This document shows positions 18,657-28,062 of a DNA stretch of 64,000 nucleotides, piece by piece (positions within the stretch are counted from its first letter, which is position 1; the number at the start of each line of letters is the position of its first letter). Source of the stretch: Polyangiaceae bacterium (GTDB taxonomy: Bacteria > Myxococcota_A > Polyangia > Polyangiales > Polyangiaceae); the NCBI GenBank assembly GCA_044222475.1, contig JBGANF010000028.1, forward strand, positions 10,189-74,188, written 5' to 3'. The translations under genes and the position numbers were made by a program. The notes beneath the pieces are model-generated. The model did not search any database. It was not told the origin of the DNA and saw nothing but the letters and a program-made list of their open reading frames with translations.

Positions 18657-20234
18657 CTACTTCAGCTCGCGGAACTTCAGCGGCTGAGCGACGTTCTTCA
18701 CCTGAGCGGTCTCGATGTCGCCGAAGGTGTAGCCGTGGCCGTCGGGGAGCTTCGCGATCCCATCGTCCATCACGAGGATGCGACCCTTGGTCGCGCACCC
18801 TTGCAGGCGCGCGGTGTTGTTCATGCCGGCCGAGAACCCGGTGAAGTTCGAGTTCGGTCCGAACGTCCCGACGAACAGCGGCGCCAGGTTCACGCCGGTG
18901 GACACGTTGAGGCCCGACGCGCGCAGCGCCTCGAACCCGGGTCGATTCGGGAACGCCTCGGTCATGGCGCGGACGTCCTTGGCGCAATCGAGCGCGCGCG
19001 CGAGCCGCTTGCCGAGCGGCTCTTCGTAGAACGGAGGACCGAAGAGAGCGATGACGCAGTCACCGACCATCTTGTCGAACACGCCGCCGTGCTTCCACAC
19101 GAGGTTGACCGCCTCCGCGCCCCACTCTTCGACGAGCTTGGCGACGGCGCTCGGGGTCTTGAGGACTTGCTCCGAGAGGTGAGTGAACCCGGCGATGTCG
19201 ACGTAGAGGATGCCGACCGTCTCTTCGCGCGGGAGGAGCAAGCGGCGCTCGTAGTCTTCGCTGCCGACGAGCCGCGCGACGTCTTCGGGGCGGAAGCTCG
19301 CGGCGAGGCGGCGCCACTCCTTGTTGAAGTCGACGATGCGCTGCCGCACGTAGCCCGCGAAGCCGGCGAGGATCTCGCGGTCGAACGTGTTGAAGTGTCC
19401 GGTGTTCGACGACGCGAGGACCTTGCCGACGAGTGAGCCGTTGGTGACGCCGTCGATGAGGACCTCTTCTTGGGCGTTCTTGAACTGGAGGCGCTCGAGG
19501 ATCGCGGCGTCGTTCTTGAAGAGGTACGCGCGTCCCGCGTCGACGATGCTGCGGTCACCTCGACCGGAGAGCGTGTCGAGCGTGATCTTGCCGCGCTCGT
19601 AGAGGCGCACGTGGAGCGTCGCGCCCCCGCCCGAGTTCGTGTCTTCGGCGACGAAGACCATCAGCATGCGGTCGAGTGGGAGCGCCTTGGCGAGAGCTTC
19701 TTCGGCGAGCGCGAGGCCGTCCCCGAGGACGCGGTGGCGGAGCGCCGCGCCGAGCTCCATCATCACCGCGTGCTTCTCGCGCGCGGCGCGGAGAGCGAAG
19801 AGGTAGTTGTCGAGGACCTCGCACACGTTGTCGAGCTTGGTCGCGGCTTGGTCGTCGGTGAGGGGCGCGTGCTCGTCGAAGACGAAGCCGGCGCGCCCGA
19901 ACCACGTGCCAGCCACGTCGAGCGGCTGGGCGATCACGCGCACGTCGCCGATCTTCTTCTTGAAGACCTCGCGAGCTTCCTCGCCAGTGGCGATGCTCAT
20001 CGTGTCCCAACTTGGTACTTCGAGCTTCGGCGGCCATCGGAAGACGTTCATCAGCCGGTCTTCGTCGTAGCTCTCGAGGAACATCCCGCGCGCGCCGACG
20101 GCGGCGCTGACGGCGGGGAGCAGCTCGTCGAGGACGGACGCGAGGGTCGCGTGGCCGCTCTGCGCGCGCTCAACGATGTCGTCGACTTTGGCGCGTAGGT
20201 TCAAGAGCTCGCGTAGCTCCGCTTCTTCGGACAT
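18657..20234 (-). CDS. Adenylate/guanylate cyclase (class III) with N-terminal sensory region
   Basis: ILYVDIAGFT, DKMVGDCVIALFG and MNNTARLQ motifs. Confidence 0.88.
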   Translation of the reverse strand: MSEEAELRELLNLRAKVDDIVERAQSGHATLASVLDELLPAVSAAVGARGMFLESYDEDRLMNVFRWPPKLEVPSWDTMSIATGEEAREVFKKKIGDVRVIAQPLDVAGTWFGRAGFVFDEHAPLTDDQAATKLDNVCEVLDNYLFALRAAREKHAVMMELGAALRHRVLGDGLALAEEALAKALPLDRMLMVFVAEDTNSGGGATLHVRLYERGKITLDTLSGRGDRSIVDAGRAYLFKNDAAILERLQFKNAQEEVLIDGVTNGSLVGKVLASSNTGHFNTFDREILAGFAGYVRQRIVDFNKEWRRLAASFRPEDVARLVGSEDYERRLLLPREETVGILYVDIAGFTHLSEQVLKTPSAVAKLVEEWGAEAVNLVWKHGGVFDKMVGDCVIALFGPPFYEEPLGKRLARALDCAKDVRAMTEAFPNRPGFEALRASGLNVSTGVNLAPLFVGTFGPNSNFTGFSAGMNNTARLQGCATKGRILVMDDGIAKLPDGHGYTFGDIETAQVKNVAQPLKFRELK

Positions 20235-20277
20235 GGGACGGGCGTATCATGCCACGGGTGAAGGCCGGGCGTCACAG

Positions 20278-21270
20278 TCACTGTGCGTTCGTGCGGCCGG
20301 CAAAAAACGCGAACGCGCCGTCGATGACGTTGGGCATGACCGCGTGGCCGGTGGTGCCGTCGAGCTCCCTCGCTCGAATCCGGGTTTGCGCCCGCGAGCC
20401 GAGGCCCTCCGCGAGCAGGCACGACCACACGACGGACACCGTGTCGTCCACGCTGTAGTGCGCGACGTAGCCGAACGGAACGCGCGCACCGAGCGCCGGC
20501 GGTCGGAGTTTGTTCGTGGCCGTCGGGCGGCACTGCGACGGGAACTGGGGGTCGGCGAAGATCGTCGAGCACGCCATGTCCTGACCGGGAGGTGCGGTCG
20601 TCGTCATGAGGTATTGCGACGTCCCATCTTGGTCGGCGCGGGTGGGGCAGGAGTCCGTCGCCCATCCGCCGGACATCTCGGCGAAGCCGGCGATCACCTG
20701 AGGAAGCGATGCGGCGACGAAATACGAGAAGTAGGCGCCGTTGGAGAAGCCCACCGTGTACACGCGCGTCGGGTCGGCTCCCCAGCTGCGCCGCGCCGCC
20801 TCGATCAGCGCGCGGACGTAGACGAGGTCCTCGTTCGCGTCGGGGTTGGCGGTCCACATGTTCCAGCTCGACTCGCCGCTGTTGGCCTGATGATCGACGT
20901 CGGCCGGATGCTGCGCGCCGTTGCGATAGCCGGCGCGCGGTGCGATCGCGACGAAGCCCAGCGAGGCCGCTTTGGCGACGAGATCGAAATCCGCGATCGT
21001 GTCCGCAGGCTCGCCGCCGGTGCCGTGAAACGCGATGAGCAGCGGTGGGTTCGCGGGGCGGTTCGGCGGGAGCACGACCTCGATCGCGTCCTCGGTGCGG
21101 CCGGTCATGGTGAAGCGACCCGAACCCGTCGCCGTGGGAAGAGGCGGGAGCGAAGCCGCGTCGAAGGACGGGCCGGCGTCCTGAGTCGGTGTGGGGGACG
21201 TGCCATCGGAGCCGCACGCGGCGCCGGCGAGGCACGAGAACAGGAGTGCGCAGAGGTGACGCGTCGACAT
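20278..21270 (-). CDS. Alpha/beta-hydrolase lipoprotein (PHB depolymerase/esterase-like)
   Basis: Lipobox AAC, LLIAFHGTG, GFSNG nucleophile elbow, C-terminal GH. Confidence 0.78.
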   Translation of the reverse strand: MSTRHLCALLFSCLAGAACGSDGTSPTPTQDAGPSFDAASLPPLPTATGSGRFTMTGRTEDAIEVVLPPNRPANPPLLIAFHGTGGEPADTIADFDLVAKAASLGFVAIAPRAGYRNGAQHPADVDHQANSGESSWNMWTANPDANEDLVYVRALIEAARRSWGADPTRVYTVGFSNGAYFSYFVAASLPQVIAGFAEMSGGWATDSCPTRADQDGTSQYLMTTTAPPGQDMACSTIFADPQFPSQCRPTATNKLRPPALGARVPFGYVAHYSVDDTVSVVWSCLLAEGLGSRAQTRIRARELDGTTGHAVMPNVIDGAFAFFAGRTNAQ

Positions 21271-21285
21271 CGCCTTAGCCGAAGC

Positions 21286-22041
21286 TTAGGCGACTTTGCG
21301 GCGACGCGCCGGGCTGCTCGCACCGGTGCCGAAGTGCACGCGCTCCGCCGGCTGCGAGACGAGGAGCGCCTGGCGCGCGCTGCGCGAGCGCGGCACCTTG
21401 ACGCCGTGCGGGAGGACCATCGCGGTGAGTCGCCCGCCGTACACGCACCCGGTGTCGAGGCCGGTCGCGAACGGGTGGAGCTGCAGACCCGGGCACGCGT
21501 TGTGGCCGAAGATCACGTGGACCGGCCCGCCGTAGAGCTCGCCCCAGAGGACGGCGTTCGGATCGTCGGCGCGGGAGTCTCCGCCGTGGTGGATGCGCCC
21601 GAGGCGGGCGACTCGGCCGACGCGGATCGTGCGCATGTTGAGGAGGTCGAGCGGGTCCTGCTCTTCGATGGGCGTTCCGGGAACGACGCCGGCGTGGACC
21701 ACGCGCGCGGAGTGCTCGGGCAGATCGACCCAGAGCGGCGAGGTCTCGAGGAGGGTCCAGTCGACGGCGCGGAGGCTCTCTGCGACGTCGAGGTGGAGCC
21801 GGCTGATCGGCGTCTTCTTGTTGCGGCGCCAGTCGAGGAGCTTCTGCTCGTGGTTGCCGCGCACGATGATCGCGCCAGTCTGGCGCGCGATGTCGAGCAC
21901 GCCGAGGGAGCTCGGCCCTCGGGCGACGAGGTCGCCGACGAACACGAGTCGGTCGCCGGCGGAGAAGCGGACGTCATCGAGGAGAGCTTGGAGCTCGCTC
22001 GCGCATCCGTGCACGTCACCGACGATGATGGTTCGACCCAC
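21286..22041 (-). CDS. Metallophosphoesterase (ApaH/PrpE-like)
   Basis: GDVHG, GDLVARG, RGNHE, HAG, FGH and LDTGCVYGG motifs. Confidence 0.9.
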   Translation of the reverse strand: MGRTIIVGDVHGCASELQALLDDVRFSAGDRLVFVGDLVARGPSSLGVLDIARQTGAIIVRGNHEQKLLDWRRNKKTPISRLHLDVAESLRAVDWTLLETSPLWVDLPEHSARVVHAGVVPGTPIEEQDPLDLLNMRTIRVGRVARLGRIHHGGDSRADDPNAVLWGELYGGPVHVIFGHNACPGLQLHPFATGLDTGCVYGGRLTAMVLPHGVKVPRSRSARQALLVSQPAERVHFGTGASSPARRRKVA

Positions 22042-22227
22042 GCCGCTCTGATCCTTCGCCCTTGGAGAATGCAACGTTACGGGGCGAGTGCCAACCATTG
22101 ATTACGGTACGCGCGTGCAGGGCTGGACGCTCGGCATGCAAGTGCCTGAAATCAGGGCCAAACGAGCCTGAACGTAAGCATGCTGACGACCCGGCTCGGG
22201 CTGGCACGAACCGTGGATTATGGAGAC

Positions 22228-22285
22228 TCGATCCCGATGCGATGGCAGGCAACTCCCGGCCGTCCTGCCATCGCATCGGGCTCGA
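22228..22285 (+). ncRNA. Candidate small hairpin RNA (or structured repeat)
   Basis: 17-bp perfect stem CCCGATGCGATGGCAGG/CCTGCCATCGCATCGGG with a 14-nt loop. It starts at the predicted +1 of sigma54-like TGGCACGAACCGTGGA (22202-22217). Confidence 0.35.
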
Positions 22286-22295
22286 TCACTCTCGT

Positions 22296-22445
22296 GAGGG
22301 CGATTGCATCGCCCTCGGCCGCTATGCGGCCTCACCCCACGCGTCTCCGTTCGGCGCGGGCGCGCCGAGACGGAGACTGAACGGGGGCTGCCGCCCCCCT
22401 CTCCCCCCGGCCTCCAGGCTTCGAGCGTCGTCCCAAACTGGGACG
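22296..22445. repeat. Cluster of short GC-rich hairpins (REP/MITE-like) downstream of glgC
   Basis: GAGGGCGAT/ATCGCCCTC, GGCCGC/GCGGCC, GTCTCCGT..ACGGAGAC, GGGGGC/GCCCCC and CGTCCCA/TGGGACG. Confidence 0.55.
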
Positions 22446-22451
22446 GGGGCT

Positions 22452-23738
22452 CTAAATCAGCTTGCGGGATGGCGGCGCTGGCGGCGCTTCGAGCTTCGCG
22501 CGCTTCGGGATGACCACGAAGCCTTTGTCGGTGACGAAGAAGCGCCGCCGATCCGCTTCGCGGTCGTAGCCGATCTCCATGTACGGCGGGATCTCCACGT
22601 CCTTGTCGATGATGGCGCGCCGAATCTTCGCGTAGCGGCCGATGCGGACGCCCTCGAAGAGGACGCTCTCTTCCACTTCGCTGAAGCTGTTGATGCGGCA
22701 CCCGACCGACAGCACGCTCCGGTGGATGCGACCACCCGAGATGATGCACCCGTGCGACACGAGCGAGTCGGTCGCGCTACCGACGCGCGCCTGAGCCTCG
22801 TCGCGGAAGACGAACTTCGCCGGCGGGTCGTGCGTCACGCCGGTGCGGATCGGCCAACGTGTATTGTACAAGTTGAACAGCGGCTGGATCGCGATAAGAT
22901 CCATCTGCGCTTCCCAGTACGCTTCGAGCGTCCCGATGTCGCGCCAGTAGCCACGGCCGGTGCCTTCCTCGCCGGGCACCACGTTGGTCGCGAAATCGTA
23001 GGCGTAGACCGCGCGCCCCTGCTTCACCAGGTTCGGCAGGATGTCGTGCCCGAAGTCGTGCTTGGACTCTTCCTTTTGCGCGTCGAGCTCGAGCGCGTCG
23101 AGCAGCACGTTCGACCGGAACACGTAGTTTCCCATCGAAGCGAGGCACATCTTCGGGTTGCCCGGCATCGGCGGCGGGTTGTCGACCTTCTCGTGGAAGC
23201 CGACGATGCGGCCGTCTTCGGCGGTCTCGATGACGCCGAACTCCTTGCCCTCGGCGAGCGGCACCGGGATGACCGCGACGGTCGCCTCCGCGTTCTTCTC
23301 GACGTGGAAGTTGATCATCTGGCGGACGTCCATCTTGTAGACGTGGTCGCCACCGAAGATCGCGACGAGGTCCGGCTTCTCGTCGGTGAGCACGTGCTGG
23401 CACTGGTACACCGCGTCGGCCGAGCCCTTGAACCAGCTCTTGCCCGTGCGTTGCTGCGCCGGGATCGCCTCGATGAACTGATCGAGGATCGGGCTCAGCC
23501 TCCACACGCGCGCGATGTGCTCTTCGAGCGACGCGCTCTTGTACTGCGTGAGGATCTTGATGCGCGCGAGCCCCGAGTTCACGAAGTTCGACAGGACGAT
23601 GTCGATGATGCGGTAGCGACCACCGAACGGAACGGCCGGCTTCGCGCGGTCGAGGGTGAGCGGGTAGAGCCGCTTACCTTCGCCACCTGCGAGGACCATG
23701 ACGAGCACCTGGCTCGGCTCGAAGAGCACCGTCGGCAT
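22452..23738 (-). CDS. glgC: Glucose-1-phosphate adenylyltransferase
   Basis: [42 protein letters not shown] and YWRDIGT motifs. Confidence 0.97.
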   Translation of the reverse strand: MPTVLFEPSQVLVMVLAGGEGKRLYPLTLDRAKPAVPFGGRYRIIDIVLSNFVNSGLARIKILTQYKSASLEEHIARVWRLSPILDQFIEAIPAQQRTGKSWFKGSADAVYQCQHVLTDEKPDLVAIFGGDHVYKMDVRQMINFHVEKNAEATVAVIPVPLAEGKEFGVIETAEDGRIVGFHEKVDNPPPMPGNPKMCLASMGNYVFRSNVLLDALELDAQKEESKHDFGHDILPNLVKQGRAVYAYDFATNVVPGEEGTGRGYWRDIGTLEAYWEAQMDLIAIQPLFNLYNTRWPIRTGVTHDPPAKFVFRDEAQARVGSATDSLVSHGCIISGGRIHRSVLSVGCRINSFSEVEESVLFEGVRIGRYAKIRRAIIDKDVEIPPYMEIGYDREADRRRFFVTDKGFVVIPKRAKLEAPPAPPSRKLI

Positions 23739-23790
23739 CTGAAAGCGATGGTAGCGGAGGCGGACCGGACTTGTCTCTAAAGTGGCGACC

Positions 23791-25014
23791 TCACCCCACG
23801 GGCGGCGGGCGCATCGTCACTCCCGGGACCCACGAATCCAGCCCCAGCGGCGCGAAGACCGCACGGCCGGCGGCCGACAGCGGCTGGAGCTTCTTGATGA
23901 GCTCCTCTTTCCGCAGGTAGACCTCTTCGCGGCGACCGTCGTCGCTTTCGAGCTTGAGCGACAGCTCCTGAGGGCTCGGGCTACGACGCGCAATCTCGAT
24001 GACGGTCGGTGCGAAGTAGTCCACGAGTCGGATCACGAGATCGAGCGAGCGATCACCGTTGACGACGTCGACGTCGTCGAGCTTGGCGAACAGGAGGTCC
24101 TGCTTGAAGCCGTAGAGGTCCTTCACGTCGACCTGGAGCGCGAGGATGAGCTTCTCCACGAGCGCCACGTCGTCCTCTTCGAGCTCCGGCGCGAGCTGGG
24201 CCGCGTTGGCGTCACCCGGGTGCTCGGCATCGACCACGACGCGGCCGTCGCGCTCGGTGCGGCGGATGATCAGGTGCACGCGCTCGGTAGGCTTTCGCTT
24301 GAGGTGGATCTCCGCCTTGTCGTCGCCGAGGACGAGCTCGTGGAAGTACAGGTCGTCGATCTTGAGCTTCTCGGCCTTGACCGTGCCACCGAAGAAGCTC
24401 TTCTTCACGCCGACGCGGAGCTCTACGCCCGACTGCACGTCGCTCACGCGGCGCGCCTTGTTCCAGTGCGAGCCCGTCGGCGCGCCGAGGCGAAACCGCG
24501 CGGTGATTCCGCGCGCGTTCACGAACGTCGCGGTGGCCTCGTAGCCGGCGTCCTTGCCGTCGCCCATGATGAGCTGCGCTTCCTGGCCCTGCACCGGGAG
24601 GCGCGCGACCTTGAGGAGCGTGTCGACCTTGCCTTGGACCTCGCGTCGCCACACGTCGAGCTGGGCGCGACCCTGCGCACCGTCGGCGTCGTTCTGGGCG
24701 AGCGCGTTGCGCTTCGTCTCCTCCATGAGCCGAACGGCGAACTCGTGGATTTGCCGCGAGTAGCCGAGCGTCAGCGCGTGCTGCGTGTCGGCCGAGGCCT
24801 CGCCGAGGGCACGCATGAGCTCGGTGTGGAACATCTCGAGGCTGTCGATCCCGTGTTGGCGAACGCGAGCCGCCTCGTCCGCGTCGGTGACCGCCTTCTT
24901 GATCAGCCCATCCAGCTCGACGATCCTCGTCGCCGCGGCCATGAACGACTCGAGGAACCCGAGGAAGTTGTATCCGAGCGGGAAAGGCTGGGAGTCGCCG
25001 TAGAGGTACCGCAT
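23791..25014 (-). CDS. Conserved hypothetical protein (coiled-coil N-terminal half)
   Basis: [12 protein letters not shown] start, 407 aa, strong GC3 bias. Confidence 0.7.
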   Translation of the reverse strand: MRYLYGDSQPFPLGYNFLGFLESFMAAATRIVELDGLIKKAVTDADEAARVRQHGIDSLEMFHTELMRALGEASADTQHALTLGYSRQIHEFAVRLMEETKRNALAQNDADGAQGRAQLDVWRREVQGKVDTLLKVARLPVQGQEAQLIMGDGKDAGYEATATFVNARGITARFRLGAPTGSHWNKARRVSDVQSGVELRVGVKKSFFGGTVKAEKLKIDDLYFHELVLGDDKAEIHLKRKPTERVHLIIRRTERDGRVVVDAEHPGDANAAQLAPELEEDDVALVEKLILALQVDVKDLYGFKQDLLFAKLDDVDVVNGDRSLDLVIRLVDYFAPTVIEIARRSPSPQELSLKLESDDGRREEVYLRKEELIKKLQPLSAAGRAVFAPLGLDSWVPGVTMRPPPVG

Positions 25015-25065
25015 GACGGGAGCCGAGCGTAACAGGGTTCCCGGTCCATGAGCTATGCTGTGCTC

Positions 25066-25899
25066 GTGGCTCAGCCCCGTCCCTTGAAAGTCGTCGAGCT
25101 CGACGAGCGACCGCGGTTCGTCCCGCGGCCCGCCGAAGCGCACGACGTGCTGCACGCCGCCGGCGACAAGGCGCGCGCCGGCGTCCGCGGCGCGATGGCG
25201 ACGGTGCTCGCCCGCAGCGGCTCGGCCCCGTCGACGCCGGGGCAGAAGTTGTATGTTGCACGCGATGGGACGTGCATCGGCACCGTCGGCGGCGGCGCGG
25301 TCGAGCGCGAGGTGCTCGACGCGCTCGCTCGCCTCCTCGACGACGAAGCCCCGAAGCACGCGATCCGCACGTTCAAGCTCGGGGCCGAGCTGGGGATGTG
25401 CTGCGGCGGCGCGGTCGAGGTCCTGCTCGAGCCGCTCGTCGCGCTGGTGCCGTGCCTCCTCGTCGGCGGCGGTCACGTCGCGACCGCGGTCGCACCGCTG
25501 CTCGCGCGGGTCGGCTTCGCGGTCACCATCGTCGACGCGCGCGACGCGTGGGGCGAAGAGGGCCGCATCCCGGGCGTGCGCTCCGTCGTCGGCGACTGGG
25601 ACGACGTCGGGCGCGACCTCGACGCGAGCGCCGCGATCCTCGTCATGACCCACGATCACGCGCTCGATCAGGCCGCGATCGAGTGGGCGCTGAAGAAGCG
25701 CTTCGCGTACGTCGGCGGCATCGGCAGCCGCGCGAAGGCGAAGCGCACCCGCGATCGCCTCGAAGCGAAGGGGTTCTCGGTCGAGGACCGTGATCGCGTG
25801 CGCATGCCGATCGGCGTGGCGGTCGGCGCGCGCCTACCGGACGAAATTGCGGTCGCCATCGCGGCCGAGATGGTGGCCTGGCGCCGCCAGCGGAGATGA
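25066..25899 (+). CDS. xdhC: XdhC/CoxI family molybdoenzyme maturation protein
   Basis: GSAPSTPG, GTVGGG..E, LGMCCGG, MTHDHALD, YVGGIGS and RMPIG motifs. GTG at 25066 is preferred (TATGCT 6 nt upstream); ATG at 25048 is an alternative. Confidence 0.9.
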   Translation: MAQPRPLKVVELDERPRFVPRPAEAHDVLHAAGDKARAGVRGAMATVLARSGSAPSTPGQKLYVARDGTCIGTVGGGAVEREVLDALARLLDDEAPKHAIRTFKLGAELGMCCGGAVEVLLEPLVALVPCLLVGGGHVATAVAPLLARVGFAVTIVDARDAWGEEGRIPGVRSVVGDWDDVGRDLDASAAILVMTHDHALDQAAIEWALKKRFAYVGGIGSRAKAKRTRDRLEAKGFSVEDRDRVRMPIGVAVGARLPDEIAVAIAAEMVAWRRQRR

Positions 25900-25903
25900 T
25901 TCC

Positions 25904-26704
25904 ATGAGACACCCCCTCGTCCTCTTCGTTGTCGCGGCGCTCGCTGGTTGCAGCACGTCCGATCCCTCCGCCGTCGTCGACGCCGGCAAGGACGTCGCGA
26001 AGCGCGACGCGTTCGTCCTGCCGCCAGAGGACGCCGGTCCGGTCTATCGACTGACCGGCAAGGTCATCGACACCGCCGGCAAGCCGTACGACGGAGCGGC
26101 GATCCAGATCTGCGGGAAGATCTGCACCGTGGCGTTCGCCGACTCGACCGGTGCATGGCTCGCTCAGGGCATCACTCCGGAGGCGACTCACCTCCGCGTC
26201 GAGGGCAAGCCGAACGATGGCCGCAACTGGTCTCCGGCGGTGTTCCACATCGCCCTCACCGCCGACACCGACTTCCTGACGCCGACCGTCGTGCCCGAGA
26301 CGCCACCGCCGGTCGCGCTCACCGCCGGCGAGAAGACGATGACCGCCGGCGAGGTCGCGATCACGTTCGACGATGCGAAGCTCACCGGTTCGACCCACGT
26401 CTTCTCGTCGGTGCGCGTGCTCAAAAAGGATTGGCCGACATACGACGCGTCCGGCAAGACGATCGTCGCGATCTGGGCCCTGCTCCCGTTCGGCGCGAAG
26501 TCGCCGACGCCGATGCCCGTCACGCTCGACGTGTCGACCGCGGGCTTGACCGGCGGGGAGAAGGTCACGCTGTTCGCCGTCGATCCGGACAGCGGCCTGC
26601 TCACCGAGCCGACGGCGGCTACCGTCTCCAACGACGGAAAACAGGCCTCGAGCGACAGCGGCACTGGACTTTTGCGCCTCACTTGGATCGTGCTCGCCAA
26701 GTAG
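25904..26704 (+). CDS. Putative lipoprotein with carboxypeptidase-regulatory-like beta domain
   Basis: Lipobox LAGC and LTGKVIDTAGKP. Confidence 0.7.
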   Translation: MRHPLVLFVVAALAGCSTSDPSAVVDAGKDVAKRDAFVLPPEDAGPVYRLTGKVIDTAGKPYDGAAIQICGKICTVAFADSTGAWLAQGITPEATHLRVEGKPNDGRNWSPAVFHIALTADTDFLTPTVVPETPPPVALTAGEKTMTAGEVAITFDDAKLTGSTHVFSSVRVLKKDWPTYDASGKTIVAIWALLPFGAKSPTPMPVTLDVSTAGLTGGEKVTLFAVDPDSGLLTEPTAATVSNDGKQASSDSGTGLLRLTWIVLAK

Positions 26705-26770
26705 CGGCGCGGACCGCGATGCCCGTTGCGCAGGGCTTGCGCTCGCGTAGGCTGGACCCAGAGGTTTCCC

Positions 26771-27412
26771 ATGCGCGCACTTCTCGCTCTCGGTGTTCTC
26801 GCGATCGCCGGCTGCTCGTCGGCTGACACCACCCCGAAGACCGTGGTCGAACCTGCGCCGTCACCGAAAGCGGTGACCGTGTGCGAGTACCCGGCGGGCC
26901 CGTACGGCTATCGCGTGGGCGACACCGTTCCGGCGGACCTCACCTGGAGCGGGCTCGGCGCGGGCGGGACTCCCGTCACGTACCACTCGGCGGACGTCCT
27001 CGACTGCGACGGCACGAAAGGCATCAACGCGATCGTGTTCGACTCGTCGGCAGAGTGGTGTCCCGCCTGCCAGCAGGAGGCGCGCGAGTTCGAGCAGATC
27101 ATTCGTACCAATTGGGGACCGAACGGCGTTCAGATCATCACGCTGATGATCGAAGACAACGCCCACAACCCGACGACCGACATCAACGTCGCCAGCAAGT
27201 GGATGAAGAACTACGGCCTGCAGAACGTGCCGGTTCTCATGGACCCGGACTTCAAGTTCGCCAGCGCGACGAGCGGCACGATCGGCCTCCCGTACAACGT
27301 CCTCGTGAACCCGCGCGACATGAAGATCGTCAAGGTCGCCTACCACCCGGGTCCGGGCGGCAACGACACGGCGATGAACGCGCTCGTCGCGGCGAACAAG
27401 ATCCAGCAGTAG
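26771..27412 (+). CDS. Thioredoxin-fold (redoxin/TlpA-like) lipoprotein
   Basis: Lipobox IAGC, WCPAC active site, GLP cis-Pro loop. Confidence 0.82.
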   Translation: MRALLALGVLAIAGCSSADTTPKTVVEPAPSPKAVTVCEYPAGPYGYRVGDTVPADLTWSGLGAGGTPVTYHSADVLDCDGTKGINAIVFDSSAEWCPACQQEAREFEQIIRTNWGPNGVQIITLMIEDNAHNPTTDINVASKWMKNYGLQNVPVLMDPDFKFASATSGTIGLPYNVLVNPRDMKIVKVAYHPGPGGNDTAMNALVAANKIQQ

Positions 27413-28045
27413 TCACTGCGAGATCGTGAACGTGCGCGGCTGCGGCTGGGTGAACGGCCCGGTCGCGATCTTTCCGCCGTCGAAGCGCATCCCGTACACG
27501 GACACCTCGAGCTTGCCTGCGGCTTGAAGCGCAGCCCACGCAGTGTCGGACGGGGTGTACTCCTTGTTGATCGTCATGACGCGCAGCACCTCGGCGGCGG
27601 GATCGATGCTGCGGAAGATGATCACGTACGCGTCGTTCGTGAGCCCCGTGCTGGCGCCGCCTTCCGCTCCGCCATCGCCGGCGGCCCACGCAGTGCGCTC
27701 GAGGACGAGCTCGCCCATGATCCGTTGCCAGAGCGACGGTCCGAGGCTGGCGAGCTGACCCGGTGTCCACGTGAACTTGAAGATCGGCGCTCCGGGGAGC
27801 ACGGCCCCGGCGAGCGGCACGATGATGGTCGGGGCCTTCGCCGCGTCGGTCTGGATGTTCGGGATCGCCTTCATGAACTCGCGGCACGCGGCTTTGTCGA
27901 AGCCGTCGGGCGTGACCGACGGGTCATCGAGCACGTACTTGCCGTTGCTGCAGCTCGGGTACGGATCGACCGCGGCGGGGTCGGACGAGCACGCAGCGGC
28001 GAGGGCAAAAGCAGCTAGGGCGAAGGCGACGCGCGCAGACTTCAT
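27413..28045 (-). CDS. Putative lipoprotein
   Basis: Signal peptide ending AAAC, 210 aa. Confidence 0.7.
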   Translation of the reverse strand: MKSARVAFALAAFALAAACSSDPAAVDPYPSCSNGKYVLDDPSVTPDGFDKAACREFMKAIPNIQTDAAKAPTIIVPLAGAVLPGAPIFKFTWTPGQLASLGPSLWQRIMGELVLERTAWAAGDGGAEGGASTGLTNDAYVIIFRSIDPAAEVLRVMTINKEYTPSDTAWAALQAAGKLEVSVYGMRFDGGKIATGPFTQPQPRTFTISQ

Positions 28046-28062
28046 CGTCTGGGCGTATCACT

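Noticed and set aside
22228..22445. tRNA, 6S RNA or retron msDNA
   Set aside because: No cloverleaf or T-loop, no 6S-like central bubble that I can identify, and no reverse transcriptase in the window.
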